From an uncultured bacterium (GTDB taxonomy: Bacteria > Hydrothermota > 32-111), in assembly GCA_965371715.1 (NCBI GenBank), contig CBDUZN010000001.1, forward strand, positions 1-47,976: DNA of 47,976 nt, in the 5' to 3' direction. Below are positions 7,454 through 16,143 of this stretch, one piece after another (the stretch's first letter is position 1; each line of letters opens with the position of its first letter). The notes beneath the pieces are model-generated. The model saw only the letters and a program-made list of their open reading frames with translations, did no database searches and was not told where the DNA came from. The position numbers were made by a program, and so were the translations under genes.

Positions 7454-9628
7454 ATGAAATTAATAATTGTGGAATCACCAACAAAAGCAAAAACAATAAT
7501 AAATTATGCCGGTAAGGATTTTAAGGTAATCTCATCAAAAGGGCATATTATTGATCTTCCGGAGAAAGAATTGGGCATAGATATTGACAATAATTTTAAA
7601 CCAGTTTTCATTCCTATTAAATCAAAGAAAACTGTAATTGCAACAATAAAAAAGGAATCTGCAAAGGCAGATAAAATATATATTGCAACTGACCCGGATA
7701 GAGAGGGTGAAGCAATTGCATATTTCATTAATTCCGTTATTGATAAAAAGAAAAATCCTGATATTAAGCGGGTTCTTTTTTATGAAATCACAAAAAAAGG
7801 CATAAAAAATGGTTTGGATAATCCAAGAGAAATCAATGAAAATCTCGTTAATTCTCAATTTTCAAGACGCATTTTAGATAGAATCGTTGGTTATAAGGTC
7901 TCCCCATTTCTTTGGAAATCAATAAGAACAGGTCTTTCTGCCGGAAGAGTTCAAAGTGTTGCATTGAGAATTATTTGTGAAAAAGAAGATTTAATTGATA
8001 AATTTATCTCAAAGAAATTCTTTAAAATAAAAGGGCATTTTGAGAAAGATAAAACTGAATTTTTTGCCGAATTAATAAAATTTGATGGAATTAAGACAAC
8101 CGAATTAAATATTGGAGAAAAAGCAAAAATAAAAAAGGAACTTGAATCTAGTGATTATATAATTAGTGATTTCAAAACAAAGAACAAGAAACAATCTCCA
8201 CCTCCACCATTTATAACAAGTACAATCCAGCAAACAGCAGCAAATGTGTATAATTTTTCTGCAAAAAAAACCATGCGTGTTGCGCAGCAATTATATGAAG
8301 GACTTGAAATTAATGGTAAATTAACCGGTCTTATTACATATATGAGAACTGACTCTACAAGAATGGCAGATGAAGCAATGGAATCAATAAGAGATTATAT
8401 TGTTAGTGGTTTTGATAAAAAATATCTTTATGATAAACCGCGAATATATAAATCAGGTAAAAATGCTCAAGATGGTCATGAAGCAATAAGACCATCAGAT
8501 ATTAATATAGTTCCTGAAGATATTCAGGATTCACTTTCAAAAGACCAATTGAAAATTTATTCCCTTATCTGGAAAAGAACTATTGCCTGTCAAATGAATG
8601 ATGCAATGTTTTCAGTAACAACTGCTGATATTACTGCTAAAAATCATCTATTCAGAGCAACCGGCAATACAATGATATTTGATGGATTTCTTTCCATTTA
8701 TCCTTATTCAAAAACAGCAAATCTTAATAATGAAGTACCCAATATGTCTATTGATGAAAATATGCCCTTAAAAAAATTGGATATTTCAGAAGAGGAAACA
8801 AAGCCTCCTGCAAGATATACAGATGCAACATTAATAAGAACTCTGGAAAAAGAAGGAATTGGAAGACCAAGCACCTATGCTGCAATTATTGATGTACTTC
8901 TTAGAAGAAATTATATGGAAAAAGAACAACGAAAATTTGTTCCTACTGAATTGGGTAGAATTGTTAATAAGGTTTTAACAGAATATTTTAAGGAAATATT
9001 TAATGTTAAATTTACTGCTCAAATGGAAGAACAACTTGATTTAATAGAAGACAGTAAAACCAATTATCAGGAAGTACTTAGTAATTTCTTTAATGATTTC
9101 AAAGTAAAACTTGATAATGCAATGAAAGATACTAAACAAATCAAAAAAAATTTAGAAAAAGAAACAGATATTAAATGTGATAAATGTGGATCAGCAATGA
9201 TAATCAAATGGGGACGGTTTGGCAAATTCCTTGCATGTTCCAATTACCCAAAATGTAAAAGTACCAAACCGCTTGATGAAGAAAAACTTGAAGGTGAAGA
9301 TTGTCCTGAATGCGGAAAAGAATTGATAATTAAAAGAGGTAGATTTGGTAGATTTATTGCATGCAGCAATTATCCAACATGTAAATTCACCAAACCGATT
9401 ACAACCGGAATCAAATGTCCTGAATGCGGAGAGGGTGAACTTGCAGAAAAACAGACATCCAAAAGACGACTATTCTGGGGCTGTTCAAATTATCCGAAAT
9501 GTAAATTTGCTACATGGTATAGACCTGTAAAAAAGGAATGCCCTGAATGTAAAAATCCTTTTATGGAAATGAGAAAAGATACCCTTTACTGCCCCAAGTG
9601 TAAATATACTGAACAAAAAGAAAAATAA
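7454..9628 (+). CDS. topA: DNA topoisomerase I with four C-terminal C4 zinc ribbons
   Basis: TOPRIM start MKLIIVESPTKAKTI, DPDREGEAIA, active-site region ITYMRTDS. Four repeats of CxxC...GRFGxFxACSNYPxC at the C-terminus. Confidence 0.95.
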   Translation: MKLIIVESPTKAKTIINYAGKDFKVISSKGHIIDLPEKELGIDIDNNFKPVFIPIKSKKTVIATIKKESAKADKIYIATDPDREGEAIAYFINSVIDKKKNPDIKRVLFYEITKKGIKNGLDNPREINENLVNSQFSRRILDRIVGYKVSPFLWKSIRTGLSAGRVQSVALRIICEKEDLIDKFISKKFFKIKGHFEKDKTEFFAELIKFDGIKTTELNIGEKAKIKKELESSDYIISDFKTKNKKQSPPPPFITSTIQQTAANVYNFSAKKTMRVAQQLYEGLEINGKLTGLITYMRTDSTRMADEAMESIRDYIVSGFDKKYLYDKPRIYKSGKNAQDGHEAIRPSDINIVPEDIQDSLSKDQLKIYSLIWKRTIACQMNDAMFSVTTADITAKNHLFRATGNTMIFDGFLSIYPYSKTANLNNEVPNMSIDENMPLKKLDISEEETKPPARYTDATLIRTLEKEGIGRPSTYAAIIDVLLRRNYMEKEQRKFVPTELGRIVNKVLTEYFKEIFNVKFTAQMEEQLDLIEDSKTNYQEVLSNFFNDFKVKLDNAMKDTKQIKKNLEKETDIKCDKCGSAMIIKWGRFGKFLACSNYPKCKSTKPLDEEKLEGEDCPECGKELIIKRGRFGRFIACSNYPTCKFTKPITTGIKCPECGEGELAEKQTSKRRLFWGCSNYPKCKFATWYRPVKKECPECKNPFMEMRKDTLYCPKCKYTEQKEK

Positions 9629-9653
9629 GAAGAGAATTTCAATATTGTGTTTT

Positions 9654-9684
9654 TTAAAAAGGCGGGTTAGTAACCCGCCTTTTA
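9654..9684. terminator. Rho-independent terminator after topA, possibly bidirectional
   Basis: GGCGGGTT (9661-9668), loop AGT, AACCCGCC (9672-9679), then TTTT. Preceded by AAAAA, so the reverse strand also reads as stem plus U-tract. Confidence 0.8.
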
Positions 9685-9691
9685 TCTGTTT

Positions 9692-9990
9692 GATTGTGTG
9701 AGGAAGCGGAAAGATTAGATGCAAAGGTTCACACATTTACTCTGAGGAGCTCTGGATTAGAAACCGTAATATGAGAATATTACTACGGGTTGTGTGAAGG
9801 AACATGCTCAAGGAGCATGTTAGGAAAAAAAGAAATAATAATAATAATTTGCGTTAAGTAATTTATTCCTCGAATTACTCGGAATAAACCTCACCTTTCC
9901 AAAGAAACAGAAATCGTAAAAGACAATTTTCTACGGAGGAAGACAAGAACATTTGTTTGTAGGGACAGGGCTTGACCTGTCCATCAATCT
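9692..9990 (+). repeat. Mosaic intergenic element homologous in modules to 176-507
   Basis: TGTGTGAGGAAGCGGAAAG module at 9692-9713. Hairpin 9801-9821 (AACATGCT/AGCATGTT). Purine/AAT tract 9822-9848 followed by TTTGCGTT. Loop-family hairpin 9862-9888 (TTTATTCC / TCGAATTACTC / GGAATAAA). ACGGAGGAAGACAA at 9933-9946. GC hairpin 9963-9982 (GGACAGG/CCTGTCC). Confidence 0.8.
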
Positions 9991-10041
9991 GACAAAGTGG
10001 GAAAAGAAATACGGGTAACCCCACAGGGGCATAATTTCCAA

Positions 10042-12210
10042 TCAAAATCTATATCGTATCTTCATTCCAGCACAGAAAAGATTATACTGTTCATTTTCTT
10101 TAAAATATATATTGTCCGAAAAATCAACAATAAATTGCATCCAACTGCTTATTTTATATTTAAAACTTATTTTGCCTGAGAATTTATCCGATTCATAATC
10201 AAATATCATTTCCGAATCAAATAGAATTGATTGATAATAAACATTATTATGACCATAATTAACTGTTAATTCCATATCCGGAAGTAGATTCGCTGATTCA
10301 TATATCATTCCTGTATTAAATGAATAATACAGTTTATCCACACTATTACTTTTATCTGCTATTATTGAATAACCTGCAAGTATATCTATATTACTATTAG
10401 CATAGAATCGTAAATTAATACCATTTCCTGAATTACTGAATTGCGACATATATACTCTACTATTCATTGTACCCTGATACACATAAAAGGAAAAGAAAAC
10501 AGGAATATTCTGAATATAAAACTGATGATTAATATTTGTTTTAAATCTCAACAAATGTTCAAATCCTGAATCGGCATACATTTCATTATTTTTAAGTAAA
10601 TGAGAAAAAATTATGGAAATCTTTGGAACATCAATATTAAAGAAATTAAATCCTATTGAATAATTATGTTTTATATCAGATAATTCATCATACTGTATGT
10701 AGGAGTAATCCAAATTAATATTGGCAGATTGCTTTATAAATGGAATAAATATATTTGTACCTGCCTCTATAAATCCATTTTCAAATGATTCATTTGTTAA
10801 TAGAGAATAATCCTTGGAAATTCGTTTTACATTCATTCTCATTGAAAAAGGAGATGGATTAATATTTGCTCTTATATCATAGGATAATGATGGTGCTAAA
10901 TCATTTGTTGAAAGATTATCAGGTATTGATAAAAATGCTATTTCTGCAGAATCTACAAAATTATTACTGATATTTGCACCAAAATCAGCATTCAAATTAA
11001 ATAAATTATTCGGAAAAGAAAATCCGGATGATAATCCAATTTTCAAATTATCTGAAAAATCATTAAAATCATTGGATCTAATCTTTATTACATTTGCAGA
11101 TAATTTAACATTACTATGTTTAAATCCGGTAGATACACCAACTGTTTGATAATCAATAGTATTTTGATAAGTGGTATCATAAATCCCAGGACATATTCCG
11201 CTAAATAATGCTGTTTCAAATACACCCTTACTTAACTTAGCATAAATACCTCTGTTTATCAGCTGATGTGAAATTATTCTATTCCATAAAATTCTTTTAT
11301 CTCCTATTTTTATTTCGGAAATTGCTGTTTTTAGATTTACGGAGTATCTATTTCGTTCATTAATAAAAGTAAAATCATTCATATTCAAATAGGTGTTAAT
11401 ACTATAATTGAGAAAATCTACTTTACCATTTAAACCAAGATTCACTAATAACGGATACTTTGTCCTATCGGTACTTTCAAATAATAAGGAGTTCCCTGAT
11501 AACATTCGTAATCCACCGCTGATTTCAATATTTGCCTGCGGTTTATCAAAAATAGAAATTTTGCCGGAATATGAAGTGAATGGAAATTCCTCTATTATAA
11601 ACCCATTAACAGTAATCTCCACTTTGTGTACTCCATCACATATTAATGTGTCTGGAAAATATGTAATAATGTTTTCTCCAATATTACAATACTCTGTAAT
11701 ATCAATATCATCAAAAATAAGTCCCTTCTTTCTATGTTCACCTTCAACATATGCAGCAATATGAAAATCATTAGCCAATATATTTACTGTTTCCTTTGGA
11801 TATATTAATGATACTTCAAAACCTGTCTTTTCTTTCATTGTTAGAAATCTTACTACATTTGAAATTCTATCTCCGGGATTTTCCGGATAAAAAATTACAT
11901 TTCTATCTTTCTTTATTATTTGAAAATAATAATAAAATTCATGTTCGGGCAATTCATCTCTCTCAATAAAAACACTTGCATTATTATCAATTATTTCCAT
12001 TCTGTACCTTTTTTCTTCTAATGTAGAAATTGATTTAATAACAAGATAGATTTCATTAATCTCATGTAATCCATCCGAAATAATCGCTACTATGTTTAAA
12101 TTCTCTTCAGGATACAATTCATCAATTACTGAATAATTTATTCTTATATCAGCTATCAGAAAAATAAATATACAGGAAAACAAAACAATGCAAATTGTTT
12201 TTTTACTCAA
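10042..12210 (-). CDS. Hypothetical secreted protein, probably an outer-membrane beta-barrel protein
   Basis: Signal/anchor MSKKTICIVLFSCIFIFLIA. The C-terminal half is rich in alternating aromatic/polar strands and ends in ...MKIRYRF (terminal Phe typical of OMPs). Start overlaps the upstream gene by 8 nt. Confidence 0.6.
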   Translation of the reverse strand: MSKKTICIVLFSCIFIFLIADIRINYSVIDELYPEENLNIVAIISDGLHEINEIYLVIKSISTLEEKRYRMEIIDNNASVFIERDELPEHEFYYYFQIIKKDRNVIFYPENPGDRISNVVRFLTMKEKTGFEVSLIYPKETVNILANDFHIAAYVEGEHRKKGLIFDDIDITEYCNIGENIITYFPDTLICDGVHKVEITVNGFIIEEFPFTSYSGKISIFDKPQANIEISGGLRMLSGNSLLFESTDRTKYPLLVNLGLNGKVDFLNYSINTYLNMNDFTFINERNRYSVNLKTAISEIKIGDKRILWNRIISHQLINRGIYAKLSKGVFETALFSGICPGIYDTTYQNTIDYQTVGVSTGFKHSNVKLSANVIKIRSNDFNDFSDNLKIGLSSGFSFPNNLFNLNADFGANISNNFVDSAEIAFLSIPDNLSTNDLAPSLSYDIRANINPSPFSMRMNVKRISKDYSLLTNESFENGFIEAGTNIFIPFIKQSANINLDYSYIQYDELSDIKHNYSIGFNFFNIDVPKISIIFSHLLKNNEMYADSGFEHLLRFKTNINHQFYIQNIPVFFSFYVYQGTMNSRVYMSQFSNSGNGINLRFYANSNIDILAGYSIIADKSNSVDKLYYSFNTGMIYESANLLPDMELTVNYGHNNVYYQSILFDSEMIFDYESDKFSGKISFKYKISSWMQFIVDFSDNIYFKENEQYNLFCAGMKIRYRF

Positions 12211-12847
12211 CTATTATCTCCAATAATCGTATATTACCTTCAGGATCTGCAAACTCAATATTTATTACTTGTTTCTCACTATAGGCTTTCTTATACCACT
12301 CAGGAATATTATCAGTTATTAATTTATGTGGAGGATTTTCCAATGTTGACTCTCCTGTTTCGCCGCTGCGTAATCCAATTGACCCTACGGAATTCTGCAA
12401 TTCGCAATCCCCATCTATACATACAACCTTGAGCAAATCATTATCTGTATTAATAATAAACAATCCCTGATTCATATTAATAAGATTATTTTTATTTTTA
12501 ATATTAAGATTGCCATAATTAAGATTAATGAAAATTGAACCATTGAGCAATGTAATACTTTTTTCAATATTCTTTTCTTTATAAACCCCGTTACATATTA
12601 TTTCTGATTCCGATTTCATTATTATATCAAGAGTTTTATCGGCAAAATATAATGTTGTAAATGAATTTTTTTGTGTTGATAAAATATCTTCAGAATTTAT
12701 AATATATCCTTCATGTATTTTAGTTGAATCTCTAAGTGCTTTAACAAATAATTCTCCATTTATTTTTTTTACATAGCCAATTTCTGAGGAATAAATAAAT
12801 ATCGCAATCATAAATATATAAATAATTAAATTAATTTTCTTCATCAT
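12203..12847 (-). CDS. Hypothetical secreted protein, possibly FecR-domain-like
   Basis: Signal peptide MMKKINLIIYIFMIAIFIYS. The pattern G.V..I.G...V....S..I.EG..I...D.L.T resembles FecR domains. Family assignment is by eye only. Confidence 0.45.
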   Translation of the reverse strand: MMKKINLIIYIFMIAIFIYSSEIGYVKKINGELFVKALRDSTKIHEGYIINSEDILSTQKNSFTTLYFADKTLDIIMKSESEIICNGVYKEKNIEKSITLLNGSIFINLNYGNLNIKNKNNLINMNQGLFIINTDNDLLKVVCIDGDCELQNSVGSIGLRSGETGESTLENPPHKLITDNIPEWYKKAYSEKQVINIEFADPEGNIRLLEIIVE

Positions 12848-13427
12848 TGATTCCTGTAATAATTCTAATGTCTTTATTCATCACATTCTTCAAAAAATCA
12901 CTAAATGATACAATATTGTACTTAACTCCATTTATGCTAATTTTTCCTGTTGGTTTATAACCGTTTTCCATCAATTTTCTGATGTTTTTATCTTCAGGAA
13001 AATTATTTAATAGTAGATTTAATAATGATTCACTTATAGTTCTATCCTCAAATGATATTTTCTTAAAATAAAATATATCAGAATAATAGTTTAATGAACC
13101 ATTATATAGATACCATGCATATGTCTTTCCCGATTCCAACTTTTCTGCATAATCTGGATATTGCCAATATTCACCAATTATCCTTTCTTCAATTATAGGA
13201 ATATATGAGTAAATTAAAGCATTATCCGCTTATACATTATTTATTTCAATTATTCTAATTAAATAATTAATAGCATTTTCAAAATAGAAAACAGGATAAT
13301 CACTATAAATATTTTCTGAAATTTGAGTGTTTCCGGGTGATAATAAACGCACATGGCTTTGATTTATCTGAGCACTTAGTAAAATAGTGAAATTACATAG
13401 TAGTATAAATATTAATATTCTTTTCAT
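12831..13427 (-). pseudogene. Secreted hypothetical protein gene interrupted by a single in-frame TAA (13230-13232)
   Basis: ORFs 13230-13427 (signal peptide MKRILIFILLCNFTILLSAQ) and 12831-13139 are in the same frame. My translation of the 90 nt between them (ADNALIYSYIPIIEERIIGEYWQYPDYAEK) is open and continuous. The downstream piece has only a TTG start. Confidence 0.6.
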
Positions 13428-13434
13428 AATGCTT

Positions 13435-13962
13435 TCATTTCTTGAAAAGAGACATAAGAATCAAAGTGTGATATTTCCCATCTTTAAGTGAATGATTTTT
13501 ATATTCTCCCTCAATAACAAATCCAAGGTTTTCATACATTTTTATTGCATTCTTATTAAAGACATAAACCTCCATGCACAGTTTCCTTAATCCCAAAGTA
13601 TTAAATGCATATTTAATAAGTAAATTAGTTGCTTCTCTGCCAAGTCCCATATTCTGAAATTCAGGCATTAATGCAATTGTAATCATTGCTCTTCCATTTG
13701 GCCAACTGAATTGATCTAATTTAATAAATCCGGCAGGATTATCAGATGATTTATCAATAATTATTAAGGTGATTTCTTCCTTATCCATATTATTCTTTAT
13801 TATGCTTTCAATATTATCATCCAATATGGGATATCTATTAGCAAGATAATGTCTGACAGGCGGATTGTTAATTAATTGTAATAGAAATTCAGAATATTCC
13901 CTGCTAATAACTGCAAGGTCTATCTTGTCACCTGAAATAAAGCAAATATATTTTTTACCCAT
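13435..13962 (-). CDS. GNAT-family N-acetyltransferase (RimJ/RimL-like)
   Basis: Acetyl-CoA motif region FQNMGLGREATNLLIKYAFNTLGLRKLCMEVYVFNKNAIKMYENLGF. Confidence 0.8.
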   Translation of the reverse strand: MGKKYICFISGDKIDLAVISREYSEFLLQLINNPPVRHYLANRYPILDDNIESIIKNNMDKEEITLIIIDKSSDNPAGFIKLDQFSWPNGRAMITIALMPEFQNMGLGREATNLLIKYAFNTLGLRKLCMEVYVFNKNAIKMYENLGFVIEGEYKNHSLKDGKYHTLILMSLFKK

Positions 13963-14069
13963 ATAAAGATAATATGAAATCTATGTATTATGTCAAGGCA
14001 AAGAATCTATTGTATTGACATCATTTTAATAAATCTTATACTGAAATTAACATTTTAAGGAGTTAATGT

Positions 14070-14747
14070 ATGAAAATCAGAAGAGTTATTGTTTTATTAA
14101 TATTACTATTAATCATGCTTTTTATTAATGGATGCCTTTGGACAACATGTCAAATTGCCGATACTGTTGGAAAAAACAATCTATCATACTCTGCTTATGG
14201 TGCCTATACAGGATATTTAAGTGAAGAAGATAAGATTGCCGCCGATTCAATAGCAGAAATTGATGATTTTTTAATTGGAGGAAGCATTAATTATGGAATT
14301 ATGAATGAATTGGATTTACAGTTAGGTGTTCTTGGACCCAATTTCGGAGCAGGATTAAAATATTCTCCTGATTTTAATATACCATTAAGAATTGCAATAA
14401 CAGGCGGACTTTATACTAATATTGCAAATCGCCTTGTAACTCCATCTGCAGGATTAATATTAAGTTATCATCTAAGTAAAAATATCACATTTACAGCAGG
14501 CAGTGAATTTTTCATCAGAGATATTAATGATTATTCAGGAGATATATATGGCTCAATTGATTTGGAACGAAATGATTTATTTAAGGAATTAATACTTCGT
14601 AATATTATGAATGTTTTTGTACCAAAGGCAATTCAATTTAATGTAAGCTATCCACTTAAAGAACAGTATAAAAAACTTCATTTGGGTATTTCATTAAGAT
14701 ATGAACTCCGATTCTCTTCAGATAAACCTAAAATAGAACAGATATAA
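14070..14747 (+). CDS. Hypothetical lipoprotein or envelope protein
   Basis: Signal peptide with lipobox-like LFINGC. RBS AAGGAG upstream. No recognisable family. Confidence 0.6.
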   Translation: MKIRRVIVLLILLLIMLFINGCLWTTCQIADTVGKNNLSYSAYGAYTGYLSEEDKIAADSIAEIDDFLIGGSINYGIMNELDLQLGVLGPNFGAGLKYSPDFNIPLRIAITGGLYTNIANRLVTPSAGLILSYHLSKNITFTAGSEFFIRDINDYSGDIYGSIDLERNDLFKELILRNIMNVFVPKAIQFNVSYPLKEQYKKLHLGISLRYELRFSSDKPKIEQI

Positions 14748-14749
14748 AA

Positions 14750-14823
14750 GCGCTCGTGGCTCAACTGGATAGAGCACCTGACTACGGATCAGGGGACTAG
14801 GGGTTCGAATCCTCTCGGGCGCA
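14750..14823 (+). tRNA. tRNA-Arg (anticodon ACG)
   Basis: Manual cloverleaf: acceptor GCGCTCG/CGGGCGC, D-arm GCTC..GAGC, anticodon stem CCTGA/TCAGG with loop CTACGGA, T-arm AGGGG TTCGAAT CCTCT, discriminator A. CCA is not encoded. Confidence 0.9.
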
Positions 14824-14867
14824 ATTTATTAATATAATATCAATATAAAACAATCTTCATTTATTAG

Positions 14868-14940
14868 CATATTCTAAATAATTCGAAGAATATGTTACAC
14901 ATTGGTAGGAATATATCTTGAGTAATCCGAAAGATATATT
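14868..14940 (-). repeat. Two loop-family hairpins in reverse orientation
   Basis: 14868-14894: CATATTCT / AAATAATTCGA / AGAATATG. 14910-14940: AATATATCTT / GAGTAATCCGA / AAGATATATT. The second loop is the exact reverse complement of the loop at 157-167. Confidence 0.85.
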
Positions 14941-14997
14941 TATCATTGTCTGCCCTAATCCAAAAGATATATTTATTTATTGTTACGCATTGATAGC

Positions 14998-15047
14998 GGC
15001 AGACCTGTGTGTCTGCCCTAATGATGGGCGAACACGCAGGTTCGCCC
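14998..15047. repeat. Pair of GC-rich hairpins
   Basis: GGCAGAC-CTGTGT-GTCTGCC (14998-15017) and GGGCGAAC-ACGCAG-GTTCGCCC (15026-15047). They are strikingly GC-rich relative to their surroundings. Confidence 0.8.
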
Positions 15048-15052
15048 CTACC

Positions 15053-15446
15053 TTTGCTCATACGAGTTGATGCTTCTAAACCCTATGGGTTCTTGAAACC
15101 TTCGGTTTCGATTTTACTTCGAAAATACAAATCCCACCTATTTATAAATACGGAGAAGGTGGGATGCACGACAAAGTCGTGAAGCAGCCTTGCTTTGCTC
15201 ATACGAGTTGATGCTTCTAAACCCTATGGGTTCTTGAAACCTTCGGTTTCGATTTTACTTCGAAAATACAAATCCCACCTATTTATAAATACGGAGAAGG
15301 TGGGATGCACGACAAAGTCGTGAAGCAGCCTTGCTTTGCTCATACGAGTTGATGCTTCTAAACCCTATGGATTCTCAAAACCCTTGGTTTTGGTTTTCCT
15401 ACGGAAAACTAAATCCCACCTATTTATAAATACGGAGAAGGTGGGA
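15053..15446 (-). repeat. 141-bp tandem direct repeat (two apparently identical copies plus one diverged copy), each ending in the last 14 nt of tRNA-Ser
   Basis: CGGAGAAGGTGGGA occurs at 15151, 15292 and 15433, exactly 141 bp apart. Copies 15053-15193 and 15194-15334 read identical by eye. Copy 3 (15335 onward) is diverged in its middle and runs into the genuine tRNA. Confidence 0.9.
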
Positions 15447-15519
15447 TTTGAACCCACGGTACCCGAGGGTACGCCGCATTTCGAGTGCGGTGCCTTAAAC
15501 CGGACTCAGCCACCTCTCC
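15433..15519 (-). tRNA. tRNA-Ser (anticodon CGA), long variable arm
   Basis: Reverse complement folds as: acceptor GGAGAGG/CTTCTCC, anticodon stem CCGCA/TGCGG with loop CTCGAAA, 16-nt variable arm CGTACCCTCGGGTACC, T-arm GTGGG TTCAAAT CCCAC, discriminator G. Confidence 0.9.
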
Positions 15520-15985
15520 GTTTTAATCTGATGTTTTTAAAGAAATCCTGCATTAATTCAATTGCTTCAGTTTCTCTTACGGATTTTATCACATTAATTT
15601 TATGATTCAAGTCCTTTAGTTCAGGTATATTAACAAGTGATTTAATACCACCGAATTTCGGATCTTCAGCACCATAAACAATTGTATTAATACGGGAAAG
15701 AATTGCAGCAGAAGTGCACATAATACATGGTTCAATAGTAGAAAAAAGATAACATTCAGATAAACGCCAATCTCCGATTGTTTTTTGAGCTTTTCTAATA
15801 GCAATAATTTCAGCATGCATAGTTGCATCCTTGCTTTTTTCTATAAGATTATATCCTTTCCCAACAATCTCATTATCCTTAACAATTACTGCACCAATAG
15901 GCACTTCATTTTCTTTATATGCCTTTAATGCCTCTTCAAGAGCAATATCCATGAAATATTCTAATTTCTTTATTTCCATATTCAT
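15506..15985 (-). CDS. tadA: tRNA-specific adenosine-34 deaminase TadA
   Basis: Deaminase zinc motifs HAEIIAI and EPCIMCTSA. 159 aa. The stop codon TGA (15506-15508) lies inside the 5-prime end of the tRNA-Ser gene. Confidence 0.9.
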   Translation of the reverse strand: MNMEIKKLEYFMDIALEEALKAYKENEVPIGAVIVKDNEIVGKGYNLIEKSKDATMHAEIIAIRKAQKTIGDWRLSECYLFSTIEPCIMCTSAAILSRINTIVYGAEDPKFGGIKSLVNIPELKDLNHKINVIKSVRETEAIELMQDFFKNIRLKRRGG

Positions 15986-16143
15986 ATTCTATTCAAAATG
16001 AATATAAATTCAATAACACCGTTATTCAATAATCTTAATACGAATAACAAAATTTATTTTGATGAAAAATATCAAACAAAGATTTTGCTTGCATAAGATT
16101 TAAAATCAGAATATACTAAAAAATAGTTTTTTAGGAGGCATTA

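Noticed and set aside
13230-13232. Stop-codon reassignment (TAA read as sense)
   Set aside because: TAA clearly terminates conserved genes here, for example topA at 9626-9628 and yidD at 3092-3094. TGA also terminates rpmH and tadA, so the standard code applies.
14864-15061. 65-aa minus-strand ORF (…GRGEPACSPIIRADTQVCRY…)
   Set aside because: It is generated by the GC-rich hairpins and loop-family repeats between the two tRNAs, so it is not a plausible gene.
15151-15446. Integrated mobile element bounded by tRNA-Ser 3-prime-end direct repeats (attL/attR)
   Set aside because: Only ~127 bp of non-coding DNA lies between successive repeats. There is no integrase or cargo, so at most these are scars. 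I describe the region as a tandem repeat instead.
15336-15605. 89-aa plus-strand ORF
   Set aside because: It spans the third 141-bp repeat unit and the antisense of tRNA-Ser and the tadA 3-prime end.
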